Positions 12,101 to 24,518 of a stretch of 64,000 nucleotides of DNA are shown piece after piece. The stretch comes from Octopus sinensis (lineage: Eukaryota): positions 186,001 through 250,000 of the forward strand of contig NW_021831287.1 of the NCBI RefSeq assembly GCF_006345805.1. Reading direction: 5' to 3'. The notes beneath the pieces were generated by a model, which saw only the letters and a list, made by a program, of their open reading frames with translations, ran no database searches and had not been told where the DNA came from. A program made the position numbers and the translations under genes. The stretch's first letter is position 1. Each line of letters begins with the position of its first letter.

Positions 12101-12828
12101 TTGTTCTGAACTGAGATTGCTCTAAAAAATAAGTTGATTTTTTACAAGCAAAGAAAATGACAGATTTTGAATCGAGGACAGGAATTGACTCATTTCGACC
12201 TGATTGGTCGGTAAATTTAAAAGAGTCATGAGATTACGTAATTGAAATGTTGCCTCAAACGTGGAACATCGAATACAGTCTCTACTATTAGACCTCATTT
12301 TTACATCGGGGATTGCTTAGTAGCTGAGACTATTTGATTGTACAACCACCTTCCGATCATTCTTTTTCCGCAAATATTAATTCGATGTGAGTGTTTTAGA
12401 CTTGTAGATTTTGCTGTAAGTGTTTCTAGAGCACTCGTAAGTTGGTATAAGTCATATTTTTGACCAGTCAACCAAATATATTTTGTGAGGAAACAGTCCC
12501 CGAATATGATGGTCAGTCCATTCTCTTTGGGGACCCCCACCATCTCGTACTTCCGGCCACTAATCCCTCTACGTATTTCCTTGATTTTATTCAACTGAAC
12601 TACACATAAAATAATCAAATAAACGACTTGTTTGATTTATTGCTAACGAAACATGATCTTTGAATACAACCAGTGCTCCTTTTGGGTCGAAAAACACGAC
12701 CACATCGACACATGAGGGGACCATTCTAAGTGTAAATCCCTTTAATATAAAAGTAGATATTCTCTATTTTTTGATTTTCATAAAAATACAGTTTTTGTAT
12801 CTATACAGCGATTTTTTGAAACAAACAT
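9112..12828 (-). CDS. PLCG: Phospholipase C gamma (PH-EF-X-SH2-SH2-SH3-Y-C2)
   Basis: X box SSHNTYLTGDQL...GCRCLELDLWNG...IYHGHTLT; SH2 domains (WFHG, WYYP); divergent SH3 (GW.LGD...GYFP); Y box [15 protein letters not shown]...[11 protein letters not shown]; C2 domain. Start codon approximate. Confidence 0.92.
9858..9909 (-). other. U12-type (minor spliceosome) intron in the PLC-gamma Y box
   Basis: 5' ATATCCTTT and branch box TTCCTTGAC. Removal to AG (9858) or to AC (9852) restores the reading frame; retention gives an in-frame TAG. Confidence 0.8.
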
Positions 12829-14477
12829 TTCTCTATGCAATTAGATTGATTTTGGATAATTTAATTTTAGTAATTTTCATAGCAACATTATCATTACAGT
12901 TTTTATAAATTAATCCTGATTGTAAATCGAGCACATCGGAGTACATTAAGGTCGTATAGAAAATCCTAATTTTCTTTAAAAAAAGGAAATGACTCCTCTT
13001 TTGATATGTAGTAATCTATTTTATAAATATTATACTTAAAATAAAAATTTTGCGGGTTTTTACGCTGGAAAAGGAAAGGTATAAATACAGAACAATAAAA
13101 ATGAAAAAATAAATACAAACTTCTATTGCTCGCCACTCCGTGAATTTCTCAAAGAATTTTACGATTTTTAACTTAATTTGATAAAAATATAATAAGCAAA
13201 TAGAAAACTAGCAATAAAATAACTAATTATTTTTCTTAAATTGATTTTTGATGTTTGAAAATTACTGTTTTATAACCCTTTTTTTGGAGTGCCTTATTCA
13301 GGGGTCGGTATTAGAAATACACAGTAAAACTTCGATTGCTCGCTACATTTTAGTAAGTATCTATAAATGGAAATTATAACCTGAATTTACTATTAAACAG
13401 GGCAAGGAATGTAATTATACACAAATCTCATAACCCAAGGCCGTGAAATTAATTCTAAAAAATTATTCAGTTTTATAGGATCAAACATTTGGCAAAAGGA
13501 TAAAAAAGACCACTAACTACCGTTCATAAAATCAGTCAGCTTACTACGTGATAGTCGTTATTAATGAGGAGAAATTGATATATATATATTGAGGAGAAAT
13601 TGACCATAGAAAATAATAAAAAAGATATAATGGCGTGATTTCTTATCTGTTACTTATGTAGCGTTGTTTTGTAAGAGGAATGGAAAAGTATCGCTTGCTG
13701 GAAAAAGTTTTAAATGTACACAATATCGAAAATTACAATTCATAGATATCGGTCGATTAAAGGATCGATCAACATAACTTTCGAAAATGACACTGAGATA
13801 AAAAGTGACAATTCGGATGGTTAGTTAATATTCGCAATTGCTTTAATTTTCCGCTCACTGATGTGAAATCTTCATATTTCAAAAAATGAACAGGAAAATG
13901 TATTTTGATCAATCAAAACATTCATTTAAAATTGTATAACTGAAATCCTTTCGCATAGTATGGCCAAAGTTCAGATGGACGATAAAACCACGAAGAAGAC
14001 ACTTATAAAAAAAATTTTAAAAATCAAATAACATAAATTGTCTAGATTGTTTGTTAATAAAAAATACCTAATAAACAGAAAAGAATTTATAACTCAGCCA
14101 TACTATAATTATTTGATGTTTAAAACAATAATGTTGCAGTGAACTTTAAATTTATTTCCAAAATGTACAGATAAACATTCAAGCTGACAGAATTTGCAAA
14201 AAATACATTTCTGCCTACAAATTCACGTAAATTTCTGCGTTTTAATGATTGGTGAAGTATTTTGAATTTTCGGTAACGGCCTAGTAACAATGAAACATAT
14301 AGCCACTGCTTTTTTAATTTTAAGATAAAAAATTTCGTAAAAATCAATCAATAATGCCAGGCTTGAAATTTTATTATCAAAATGAAAATCTGATTAAATA
14401 AGATTAGCTAAAAAATAGATAATTAATGAACACAAAACCGACTAAAAAAACTTTAAAAAACACCAAAAAATCTAATA

Positions 14478-15209
14478 TTAAGCATCAGTCACATTAAGAA
14501 AGCTACTAACACGGGAAATAATTCCCTTTCCCATCTTCCCCATGCCCCCAATCTTGTTCAACCCAACAGAAGTAAGCGTTAAATTTGCCATTCGATCACG
14601 GAATGCCGCCAATCCCCCTCCCAACACGGCGGTCGACTCAGAACTCCTCAATCCCCCCTTCACCACTCCTCTCCGCCTTACCATTGGCCTACAACTCAAC
14701 GGAGCCTTCAAATCTCCAAAAAACTCATCATAAAATTTGGCAGGAAAATTATTTTCCAAAAAACTAAACTTTGGGTACCCCTCAAGTGCGCGGGGAATCC
14801 GAAAATAAATCTCATTTCGGAAATATACGAAGGAAAAGGGACTCCTTCTGACACGCTCTTCCTCCTCACTGAGGAACTGGGAAAAGGACTCGTCGGACAT
14901 GATCACTTGGAGACACCGGGAGAGACATTTTTCGGTCAATAAAATAATTTTTATTTCCGAAGATGGGTTTATTAGACATTCTTTTATTTTTGAGGTCATT
15001 TGAGTGTCGAGGGGGATTGGAATTATTTCAATCTGAGTATGAGTGGTTTATGGTACTTTTATAGTGTTTTGAGTGTTAGAGAGAGTTGTTAGCTTAGTTT
15101 TGATTTGCTGGGCTAGGGTGGTGTCCCCTTGGAGGCACATTAGTGATATTATGTGCTGGATTGGCTTCATTTTTAAAGGTTCAAAGTTCTCGGTGGACGA
15201 ATCCTGCAT
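14478..15209 (-). CDS. Hypothetical protein with TIR/SEFIR-like pattern, 2 exons
   Basis: ATG 15209 and a 24-nt intron (gtacca...ctcag) join to ORF 14478-14999. The pattern ISLMC..D..LAQQIK.KL...KIILLTEKCLSRC...FVYF...IPRAL resembles TIR-fold motifs (inference). Confidence 0.55.
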
Positions 15210-15369
15210 TCTTGAAGACCACTAGAACAGATTGTAATTAATTATTTAATAAAAAAATTTATTTATAAAACAAGTTATTAAAATATTTAATTCTATTAAT
15301 AAACGAGAGATTCTCTATTTTAAGCACTAAATTTTTCATTGTATTCTATATTACAGTCCGTCCTATAAA

Positions 15370-15765
15370 GGAGGCACAGTATCACTCAATAGAAGCTCAG
15401 ACTGAAGTTTTAGCTATGAATAATAAATCGGACAGTCCTGGGTTCGAATCCGGGGAGGCTAGTTTTTCAGCTGGAGTCAATTATATCGTTCCCCTGCCAG
15501 AGAGGCAAGTCCTTCTGGCACGACACAGTTGAAAATGAGGATCTCTTACCCTACGGTCTGTTGGAACTACTAATCGGATATGGAAATGCTCAGAAGTCAC
15601 TTAATGCCTACCGAAAAAGGACTTCAAGAACTCTGATCGTCGTCCCAGACCGATCACTGTGGGCAGGATTAAACCTTTCAGAAGGATCTCCGTCGCTTGA
15701 GGAAGTGAATCGGGGATTATAATAGACTGATTTACTTTGGCCCTTTGGTCAATAAACGTCTAAAT
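15370..15765 (+). mobile_element. tRNA-derived SINE-like element (tRNA-Phe-like head with a probable 19-nt tRNA intron)
   Basis: AGACTGAAG[19 nt]ATC...GGTTCGAATCC (B box 15441-15451). The 5' acceptor/D arm is decayed. A GC-richer body with hairpins (TGCCAGA/TCTGGCA; TGATCG/CGATCA) ends in AATAAACGTCTAAAT. Confidence 0.55.
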
Positions 15766-15934
15766 ATCCTCGAATTGCGGCCAAAATTCGAGGTTTTCCT
15801 AAAAATTGAAACATCCGATTATTAATGGTTCTAATTTTTTAATGCTTTTTTGTGCTATATTTACTTATTTGTGAAATAAATGTGCCATTTTTGCATAGGG
15901 AAAAATAGAGAATATAACAAATATATGCTCCCTA

Positions 15935-18900
15935 TTAATAATCTTTCCCGTGTGAGGGAGCTCCCGATTTGATCTCCGACTTAAATTGGGAATCACCAAA
16001 GAGGAGACGCCTCAAATCAGTCAAAAAACAAAAATCATTCAATCGAAGGAGACCCCCGACTATGTCGCCTTTTCTGATGAGTTTCACTTATTTGGTCAAA
16101 TTCACATTAATAAAAGAAAATTTTAATGTTTTATTGGAAAGATTTTGCATAAAAATCAATTCATGTTTTCATACCCGGTGAGGACATGTAGTTCCAAGTT
16201 GTTCGACTTGTCCCGAGTTTTTATTACCATAAAACTAAAAGATGACAAAAAAACACAACCCCTTTGATCCTAACAACCTAAATTGCCTTGATGGGTCATA
16301 AATTCTTTGTATGACTTGATTTTTATAATTTTTTCCAATCACTCCGTGTCTATGCACTGCCAAAATTCCGTTCGAAATGAGCACTAAAATGGTCATTTTT
16401 TCAAACCATAGTCATCCACCTCCACTTCGAATGTTAAAATGGTCGAACTAACTCTTAATCCATTAAAGTCATACACAACCCCCCATTCTTGTGATAAAAT
16501 AACCAAAAAACCTCTAAAACCAACAAAAATCGTGTTATTTGACAACTGCCCCACAAAAATTGCTTCCATTTTGTTATAAATTCCTATTTTTACCACAAAA
16601 ACGTGACCTGTGACGTCACTTGTCTTATCATGGACGACTCCCCAGCCAGTATGGAGGTTCATGTCGACATAATCAAATTCAACACTCAACTTATCGTCCC
16701 TGCTTTGTTAAGAATGAGGCTACTTATTGGTGGGACTGACTCCAAAGCAGAAGAAGGGGTAGGTGGCAGTAGAGGACATCAGAGGTTCCCCAATACGGTT
16801 GAGGGACCGGGGGATGGAGGCACAAATGAGCTTGAAATAAGGCCAGGTCCCCACTTTTATGAGCATGTATTTTCGGTATGGAAGATACCACTGCATGAGG
16901 ACGATTCTGTCGGGCATGGAACACATTAAATAGTCCTCGTTGTTGTTGGGACTTCGGAAGGCTCGGCATATCTCAACGTCCTTCGTTCCCTCTACTTTGG
17001 TGTAGACTCGGCTGTGTCTGGATTGATGAGGAGTAATGACCTGATTTTTGATAGGTTAAAAATGTCGCCGCGTTTTGAAGGTTTTGTACGTTCGCGGACT
17101 AGTCGAGCCAGGTCTGCCATGTCGATAGTATAAAGTTGGGATCCTGTGGCTAAAAGATTAGTGACATTTCATTATTAACTCGGCGACGTCATAACAAGAA
17201 TGACATCATACATATTAATATGTAGCCATAGACATGGTTTGTTTAATATCTGGTTATAAGTGATAGTAATACTTTTCGTGGTGTGAATTCGCCCAATATG
17301 CTCAGACTGGCTAAATATAGCCCGTCTTGTGTGCCCATTAATAGATTTTGTTCTGTTTATAAAAAAGACACCAACCATGTGTTTCGCAAGTTACCCACAA
17401 TTCTGTACATAAAATACACAACGAAAGATTCTCGCATATTTTGATGAGTCCAGCCCCCATTTCCACAGGAGGTGTCGTAGGGATCCCCACAGACTTGACC
17501 AGCTTGCCAATCATAATAAATATTACTTTAATCTGCTTTCTCCAGTCCCAAAAGTAACAAATCCCACTATCTTTAAGTGGTGGAGGATCCTCAGAGTTGT
17601 GCTATCTATTACTACCAATATTTACAATCTGGACAAAGTCAGTATTCCTGATAGTATCAAAAAACTCAGATCGATCCTGTAAATAAAAATACGTGACTTA
17701 CTGAGATGTTAGGAGACTTGATTGTAGTCGGCTTTGGCATGTCCTTGACAAGTTCCTCTAAAGATAAGCTCATAATATTCTTACTGAGGGCGTCCTATAA
17801 TCCAAAAGAGTTAGATTAGTAGGGAAAGGATACCTTCTTGAGGAGATCCACTAAAATTAGTCAATAAATGAGTACATAGTCCTTCCTCTTGTTCGCCCAT
17901 TGTCTACAGGAATCACCACAAATATAAACGTGACGATTCCTTAATTGTCGAGAAAGTTGTGCTTTATAAAGTGCTGCCCCACATTGGATAGACAAGGCAG
18001 GGTTTTTTAGGAAGGGATACTTTGATTATATTACGTAATACTTACATTGAGACAGTCCGAGGCTGTTGGGCGGAAACGGACGCTTTTATTGAGTGCTTTT
18101 TTGATAAAGGAGTTCATTTCCTGAGACCTAAGAGATCTCTCAATCCTTCGACCATTTTGAAGGTTCGCGGACAGTAGGAGACCTGTAGGAATTCTTAGAG
18201 ATGAGATGGAGAGCCGCGAAAGGGTGAAGGTCATAATTAGGGGGAACACGGTCTGCCAATTCGATAGTAGTGATCCCCACACTCCAAATATCACATGATT
18301 TGCCATATCCCCCCTGTCGGTCTGCCGCGATCACTTCAGGGGCCATCCTGTAGATTTACTCCAAGGACTCACCAATAAGGGGTACCGAGGACTGTCCTTC
18401 TCTTGGCTGCAATACTCGATATTCTGGCCGAGACCCCAAAGTCGGCTTTCTTTGATCTACGTAGGCAAACCTAATTTAATTTCCCCAGTACTCGTGAGGA
18501 GAATATTTGCTCCCTTGTGTAATAAAAATGACACAACCTTGATGTCCCGATGGATTTGATTGCAGGAGTGCATATATTCCAGTCCCCGAACAGCTTCTCG
18601 AATGACATAAGCAATCATCAATTCTGGGAGTGACCCGATGGCTGGAATAGTGAGGACATTCAACCGTAAATGACATCTTCCATGGACCCTCCTTCGCCCA
18701 ATTCGAGACAAATCCACAGCACAGATCGACTGGAATTAAACAAGGATAATACCACAGAAATGCTTCATAAATACAAATTATGTTTTTATGCTTGCATTTG
18801 TCGAGAATATCAATTTCGTTTTTTACTATTTCAAAATCGTCTTCTTTTTCTATTTTTATTGACTTTAAGGCGTATGTTTTTCCTGTATAGTTGTGTCTCA

Positions 18901-19009
18901 CCTACGAATTTGTCGATTTGAAAACTTTGAAGACTTCTCCGAATGTTCCACAGCCTATTTGGCAAATTATGTCGTATTTGGATGTCGGATTAAGATTCTT
19001 TATATCCAT
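15935..19009 (-). CDS. MAP4K: MAP4K (GCK-I; MAP4K3/5-like) kinase with C-terminal CNH domain
   Basis: [21 protein letters not shown]|GANILL, ADFGVSA, GTPYW|[18 protein letters not shown]; CNH-like LMQWY.P..K.MLIK. Many 23-26-nt introns. The 3' end is approximate. Confidence 0.9.
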
Positions 19010-19229
19010 ATTAAAGTGTAACACCAAATTAATAATTTATTTATTATTCGGTCTTCCGGGTTGGAATTTATAATTATTTACTGAAACTATAATTTTTAAT
19101 TAATATATTATTTTTGTGCTACTTTCTAAGATTCATTGCCAAATATTGTATTAAAAATTAACATTAATTTATTAATATAAAAACTGCAAAATCTATTTTT
19201 TATGTTCGTTATCAAAATTTAGAGTTATT

Positions 19230-21400
19230 TGCTTCTTCAATGGATAACTTATTCATATGACTTTTAAGAAACTTTGAAACAACTCCATCTCATGTCAACA
19301 CAATTAAAATAATCTTTACTTTTGCGGAATTTATAAAACAGAATTGTTTTATTTCTTTTTTAAACTATCTTGTGAATTTTAAATGATTTAAAATAACCGA
19401 AAAAGCATTGCATGCTAGCTATGCTGTAGACGAGACCGCTACCAAAAAGATGAAATAAAACACTCTCAAACTGTTATTTTGGCTCTACGCAAAGTAGTGA
19501 AGATAGTGTTTGAAATTGCTGCCGCTTAGTTCGATTGAATTTCTATTTCAAATACTTTTATGAGCAGACGGATCAAGGATTCCAGTTTGGTTCGGCGAAT
19601 AAAAAACTCTGAATTTTTTGCACTTCAAATGCATGAAAGCTCATGGGAGAAACGCAGGTCTTTTACTATTTGTAGAATATGCGTTCTGTAAGCCAAATAA
19701 AATGTCGTTAGGGTGCCGCGCTCTCTAAAAAGTTGGGAACTACGGTTGTAAAGTAATTCCTACTCGGATTAAATTTATTTTTTAATCTTATCATACACAA
19801 AAATGTCAGGTTTATTGAATTGGACTTTTGTTTCATTCATGATTGACGTGTCGACTCCGATTTCGACATTTTGAGTCGACATTATTGACATATTCGAATG
19901 TCCTTTTAATTTCCTGCTTCGTTTAATTCCATAAATTAGACATAAGTCAAGATGGATACACTTAACCACTTAATTATGTCTTTGAAAATAATCACTTTTA
20001 CCATCCTATCAAACCGCTAGATAGTCAACAGTCTGCTTGCTTTTTTAGCAATGGATGCAAAGTGATCCCGCGTATGCAAAAACAAATTCTTGCAAAAGAC
20101 AGTACAATGCTTCGCTCCGTAGACCATTGTTCTTTTTCGATAGCCATTGCGAAGAAGTAGATAGGCCGATATTTGCTTCCTTCATATATTAAACTTCACC
20201 AAATGTAGTGATTTGCAGCTGATTCGGCAAAGCAAAAGTTTTCTTTGAGCGTCCTTAAGTGAATCAATGTTTTGATTTCCTCCGCCGACAGCTGTATATT
20301 TGGAGGCAAGAAATTCTGCGATTGTGGCTAAGTTCTATTTTTTTGTTTTAATTACTTGCAGAATACCCGACCTCCTCAGACAGATAGTCGACTGTTTTTC
20401 TAAACTTTTTAGAAACTTGAAGAGTATTAATTAGCTTTTGAACGAAATTGAGGCAAGTACTCTTCTCTCCTTATTTACAGGCTGGAGATGTAACTTGAAA
20501 GTCGTAAGTAATCGCCTTATCTGTTGATCAATTTCATTAAATTCGTGTGGTTCGAGATTATGTCTCGATCCGAGCGGTTACCGATCAATCAAAATCACTC
20601 AATGTCAAATTAACTTATTTTATTAATAAATCAAGAACAATTATTATTTCTAACTGTTATCTAACTTCTTGAGTCGTTTTCCATGTAGTTTCATTAGTGA
20701 TCTATCACTATTTTCCACATTGACAAAATTGTTAAACAATTTTACAACATCGTAAAAAATCGTAAATACCCCTTACAGAATGAAAACGCCGTTATAAGGG
20801 GAACAGTTTGGCGATCCGCCAGGCTTTTTGCTAATATTCTATTTTGAAAATCAACATTCTTTTTGAATAAAACTCTTATCGCAAAGAAAAAGAACATGTT
20901 ACCAAGGAACTAACTAATCTAAACGAAGTCATGTTTCTCTTTTTTTTTAAAGGCAGGTTTTATAATATAAGATAAATACTATGCCTCCAGTGTTTAATTC
21001 ATATTTTTACACATTCACTCCCATCTTCCTGTTTATTCTCTTATAATACGAAGAATCCAAGTTAACTTTTTGAAGTTGAATTCATCTTTGTGAAATCATT
21101 ATTTTGTTTCAATAGAACTGAAAATTTATAAATATTGCATTCTTTAACAACTTGGCGAATGATCTCTCTTTTCAATATAAAAAATCTTCGCCTACATATG
21201 GGTTTCAAAGCATTATGTCCACAATGATTGGCTTCATTAATTTTATTTCTTCTAAGCTCTTAGAAGCAATTACGAGCTTGTGTAGGCCGTTTACATCATT
21301 AAGATATATTTTCCCCTTTTTAATTAGGAAATTTTCTGCTTTCTTGAGTTTGGCAATCCGTCAGGCTGTTTGCTAATATTCTATTTTTAAAATAATCAAC
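19230..21400 (-). mobile_element. Degenerate RLE-type (R4/Dong/NeSL-like) non-LTR retrotransposon
   Basis: RHN.VVKCIHL and NKPDIFVYDK...EVGIT restriction-like endonuclease motifs, with many stops and frameshifts. Confidence 0.65.
19440..19745 (+). mobile_element. hAT (Buster-like) fragment inserted in the LINE
   Basis: SNT..SRRI..., FFALQM.ES motifs; terminus GGTGCCGCG...AAGTTGGGAACTACGG. Confidence 0.5.
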
Positions 21401-21661
21401 CTAATTATTGAGTATAGATCTCAAAAAATTATATTCATCTTGATCTTTTACAAACAAACGCTGAGTCGACATGAAAACTAAAGACAAAGTTATGCTAGCG
21501 TGGATAATATTTTATCTCGGTAAGTATGATATGCCTGCAAAAAATTATTTACATTTTTTGAAATAAACAAAATAAATGATAAATGCAAATAACGGCAAGA
21601 ATAATTCAAATTAAAAAAAAATATGATGCTTTTTGTAGAATATTTATGAATTTGACGTAAC

Positions 21662-21917
21662 TGTTAATTATATTAATAAATTAAAGGGTTGATGCTTTAC
21701 TGGGCAAGAGACTGACGATATCGAGAAAGAGTTCGAGCGTACGATTGCGAGGGATATCTCGATTCGCGGGCGTCGCCTGTGAGTGTCGACACCCGAGACC
21801 CGATCTCCTAAACGAAACTGATAGACAGGTACACTGACAGGTAAATGACAGGTAGATGACAGGTACACAGGTGTCAAAGTCGCTTGCTGGCCTCGGACGC
21901 GCGCTCGGCTCGCGACA
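21662..21917 (-). mobile_element. Candidate solo LTR (TGT...ACA, 256 bp)
   Basis: Minus strand starts TGTCGCG and ends TTAACA, with AGTAAA near the 3' end. A ~150-bp diverged second copy is at 28465-28610. No TSD seen. Confidence 0.45.
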
Positions 21918-22179
21918 TATTGATTAGTCCGATATAATAACTATAGGGATAATGCATATTTATTATTAAGTCATTCTAAAAAATATGACAACTGTCGACA
22001 GTGAAGCTTTTTGCTTAATACATATAAGTCAATTATTTGAGAGAAATGACAATTTAAAATGTCAAATCACGGAAGTCCTATTTTTGAACGAATAGTAATT
22101 TTTCGTAACTTTAAGCAGCTAAGTAAATCAACACTTTCGGTACCCCCAACATCATCTGGCCTGCCTTCTCATTGACACT

Positions 22180-22402
22180 AACAAGTGCCACTTGGCTCTT
22201 TAACAGTGTCATTCTACAGGAACTGTATTAATACGGGCCACATATAAGGACATTAACAAGTGCCACTTGGTCTTTAACGATGTCACTTTACTGGAACTGT
22301 ACTAATACGGGCCACATATAGGGACACCAACAAGTGGCACTTGGCTTATTAACAGTGTCACAGTATTGAAACTGTACTAATACGGGCCGCATATAGGGAC
22401 TA
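22180..22402. repeat. 74-75-bp tandem repeat x3, possibly inside a non-autonomous Helitron ending in CTAG at ~22536
   Basis: Units start at 22181, 22256 and 22330. Each contains the palindrome CAAGTG-S-CACTTG. Downstream is a GC-rich stretch followed by CTAGT. Confidence 0.8.
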
Positions 22403-22623
22403 CAAACTCTTCTATGCCAACAGTATACACAACCATGTGTTGTGAACATACATTGGTCTGGATGGTACTACAAACTCCCAAAACTGTGACTTTCTCAAAC
22501 ATAAAGCCTATATCCGTAACCCGGTTCAGCGACTAGTAATAACAGACATAATCGACCAATATCGATCATTACGTAATAAACACGTGAAAATAAATATAAA
22601 TTGGCCAAATAAAACAATATAAA

Positions 22624-23293
22624 ATGTCTCTATACTTACTACTGCTACATATCACACTGGAACAAGAGATATCTGACTGTAGTCTTAGCTGTAGTAGCAC
22701 ATTATTAAAATGTCGAATGTTGGGGGTTTGTGAATGTTACTATAATGACAAAGTCCCCAGTAAAAAATGCAACATTGAATGCAAAAAATGTCTAGATATG
22801 AGATTTGATGACTGTTGTGGTTGTTTGGGTATAAAAATCGAATAAATATAAACTTTAGGAATATGTGAACACACTTTAAAAGACGGGGAAGAGCAGTCGA
22901 GGTCAGGATCTTGTATAAATCCATCTCGGGATAGATTTGACGTGTTCTCAATGATGCAAGACAGTCGTTTTATTACAGAATCCTACGACAAATTGTTGGA
23001 TCTTGACTACTCTCCTGAAATAATCGAAAAAATAAAAAATTCTATGAATATTCCAGTAGAAAAAAGAACATGTAAAGTCATTTATTGGACAAAATGTGTC
23101 ACTTTTCAAGAGTGTGTTGAACTTTGTCAAAACATTGGGGCCTTCGGGTTTATGGGGTGTTTTTATTGGCAGGTATCGACTCTTCCGGAATGGTTGTTGT
23201 GAGTGTTCGGGGAGGTACTGTATTGGGTATGGATCGAAAGTTGTGAGATGTATTGAATGCACAATAAAAAAAGATTCATTTAGTGAACTTTAG
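22624..23293 (+). CDS. TWSG1: Twisted gastrulation (BMP modulator), 3 exons
   Basis: Signal peptide; Cys pattern C...CSS...KC....CEC...C..EC..CL....DCCGCLG|IC; C-terminal C.V.Y..KC....C...C...GA.|YR.F.NGCCEC....C.GYG....C.EC. Introns of 30 and 25 nt. Confidence 0.9.
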
Positions 23294-23376
23294 TTTTTTT
23301 AATAAATTATATATTAAAATATATTTTAAATAATATATTGTTTATTAAATAAGTACATTTGTTTCTTGTGGTACAG

Positions 23377-24021
23377 ATGTATGGAAGAGAATCCAATTTA
23401 TTTGATTATGACTTTTTAAACGAATTTGAAGATATAAACTCATCAAAAAACAATCCAAAAACTCAAACCCAACCTCCTACAGACCCTGAAATGGACGATT
23501 TTCTACTTCCTTACTGCGACTCATATGAACCACCACCAGAAATACCATTTCCCGCCAAAAAATCGTCCCCCACTGTCGAGGTCCCCCCTGAAGAGACCTC
23601 AAATCTTATCCCCAAACCAACAGAAGCCCCAATTTTATTTCCAATGGAGGAAAACAAGGGCACTTTCTGTTCAGATGCCTTTGGAGAACGCAAGAAAAAG
23701 GGGAGACTTCGAGCCACGGCAATCCCACCAAAAATTTTCCAAAATAGGCGGGAAAATATCGACTTTTCCCGCCAAAATATATTATCGAATGATCGATATT
23801 ATAGTGTGCCTGTAAAATTGGCAGTTGCCTGTCCAAAGGAGAACACGCCTGACTGTTTTGAAAGGTCATTTGCTGATTACGTAATGTCTCGGGACAGGAA
23901 GGGACCGTTTGTGAGATATCCGAGGATATTTCCTAGGACTACTCACCGCATTTGGGGGGTCGAGGATCAGGGGAGGAAGGTCATTAGACTCACTACAAGG
24001 ATGCCACGTCGTACAATATAG
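23377..24021 (+). CDS. Hypothetical Pro-rich protein, single exon (~214 aa)
   Basis: Uninterrupted ORF with coding-like GC content between AT-only spacers. The ATG follows the TTGTGGT motif. No family recognised. Confidence 0.65.
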   Translation: MYGRESNLFDYDFLNEFEDINSSKNNPKTQTQPPTDPEMDDFLLPYCDSYEPPPEIPFPAKKSSPTVEVPPEETSNLIPKPTEAPILFPMEENKGTFCSDAFGERKKKGRLRATAIPPKIFQNRRENIDFSRQNILSNDRYYSVPVKLAVACPKENTPDCFERSFADYVMSRDRKGPFVRYPRIFPRTTHRIWGVEDQGRKVIRLTTRMPRRTI

Positions 24022-24518
24022 TTGATTATTGTTTTTATTGAATATATGTTGGGTTATTTTTTAGTTTTTTTTTACTTTTTTAATTTATTATATTAAATAA
24101 GTATTTAAATTAATCACAGGTTGGATTATTATTTTTGGATTAAAGGAAAATCAGGCTGGTTAAAATACGTCACCACCTCAACTAAAAGATATCACGTTGA
24201 ATGGTGGATGAATATTTTAATTCTAAAAGTTTATTTAAAATTAATTTTTAAAATAATTTAATTCATTTTGAAATAAATAATAAAATAGTTAAAATATGTA
24301 TTTATAAGTAAAATTAATAACCAGAATAGTCACTTTTGATTTTATTAAAATAATTCAACTATAAAATTATAAAAAATAATTATCACAAAAATGCGGGAAA
24401 TTTTTTAATTTGGTTGATCAACCATGCTGTTGTGTGGACATAATTATCTAATTGCAAAATATTAATTTTACGGTTAATAAATAAATTATTTAAATTGAAA
24501 ATAACGAAAGTTCATGAA

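Noticed and set aside
18005-18020. GTATCCCTT on the minus strand as another U12 donor in MAP4K
   Set aside because: It spans an acceptor AG and the exon start (YPFL), so it is not a donor.
495-19009. Alternative genetic code, stop-codon readthrough or pseudogenisation to explain fragmented ORFs
   Set aside because: The stops and frameshifts I traced in these genes fall inside removable short introns under the standard code.
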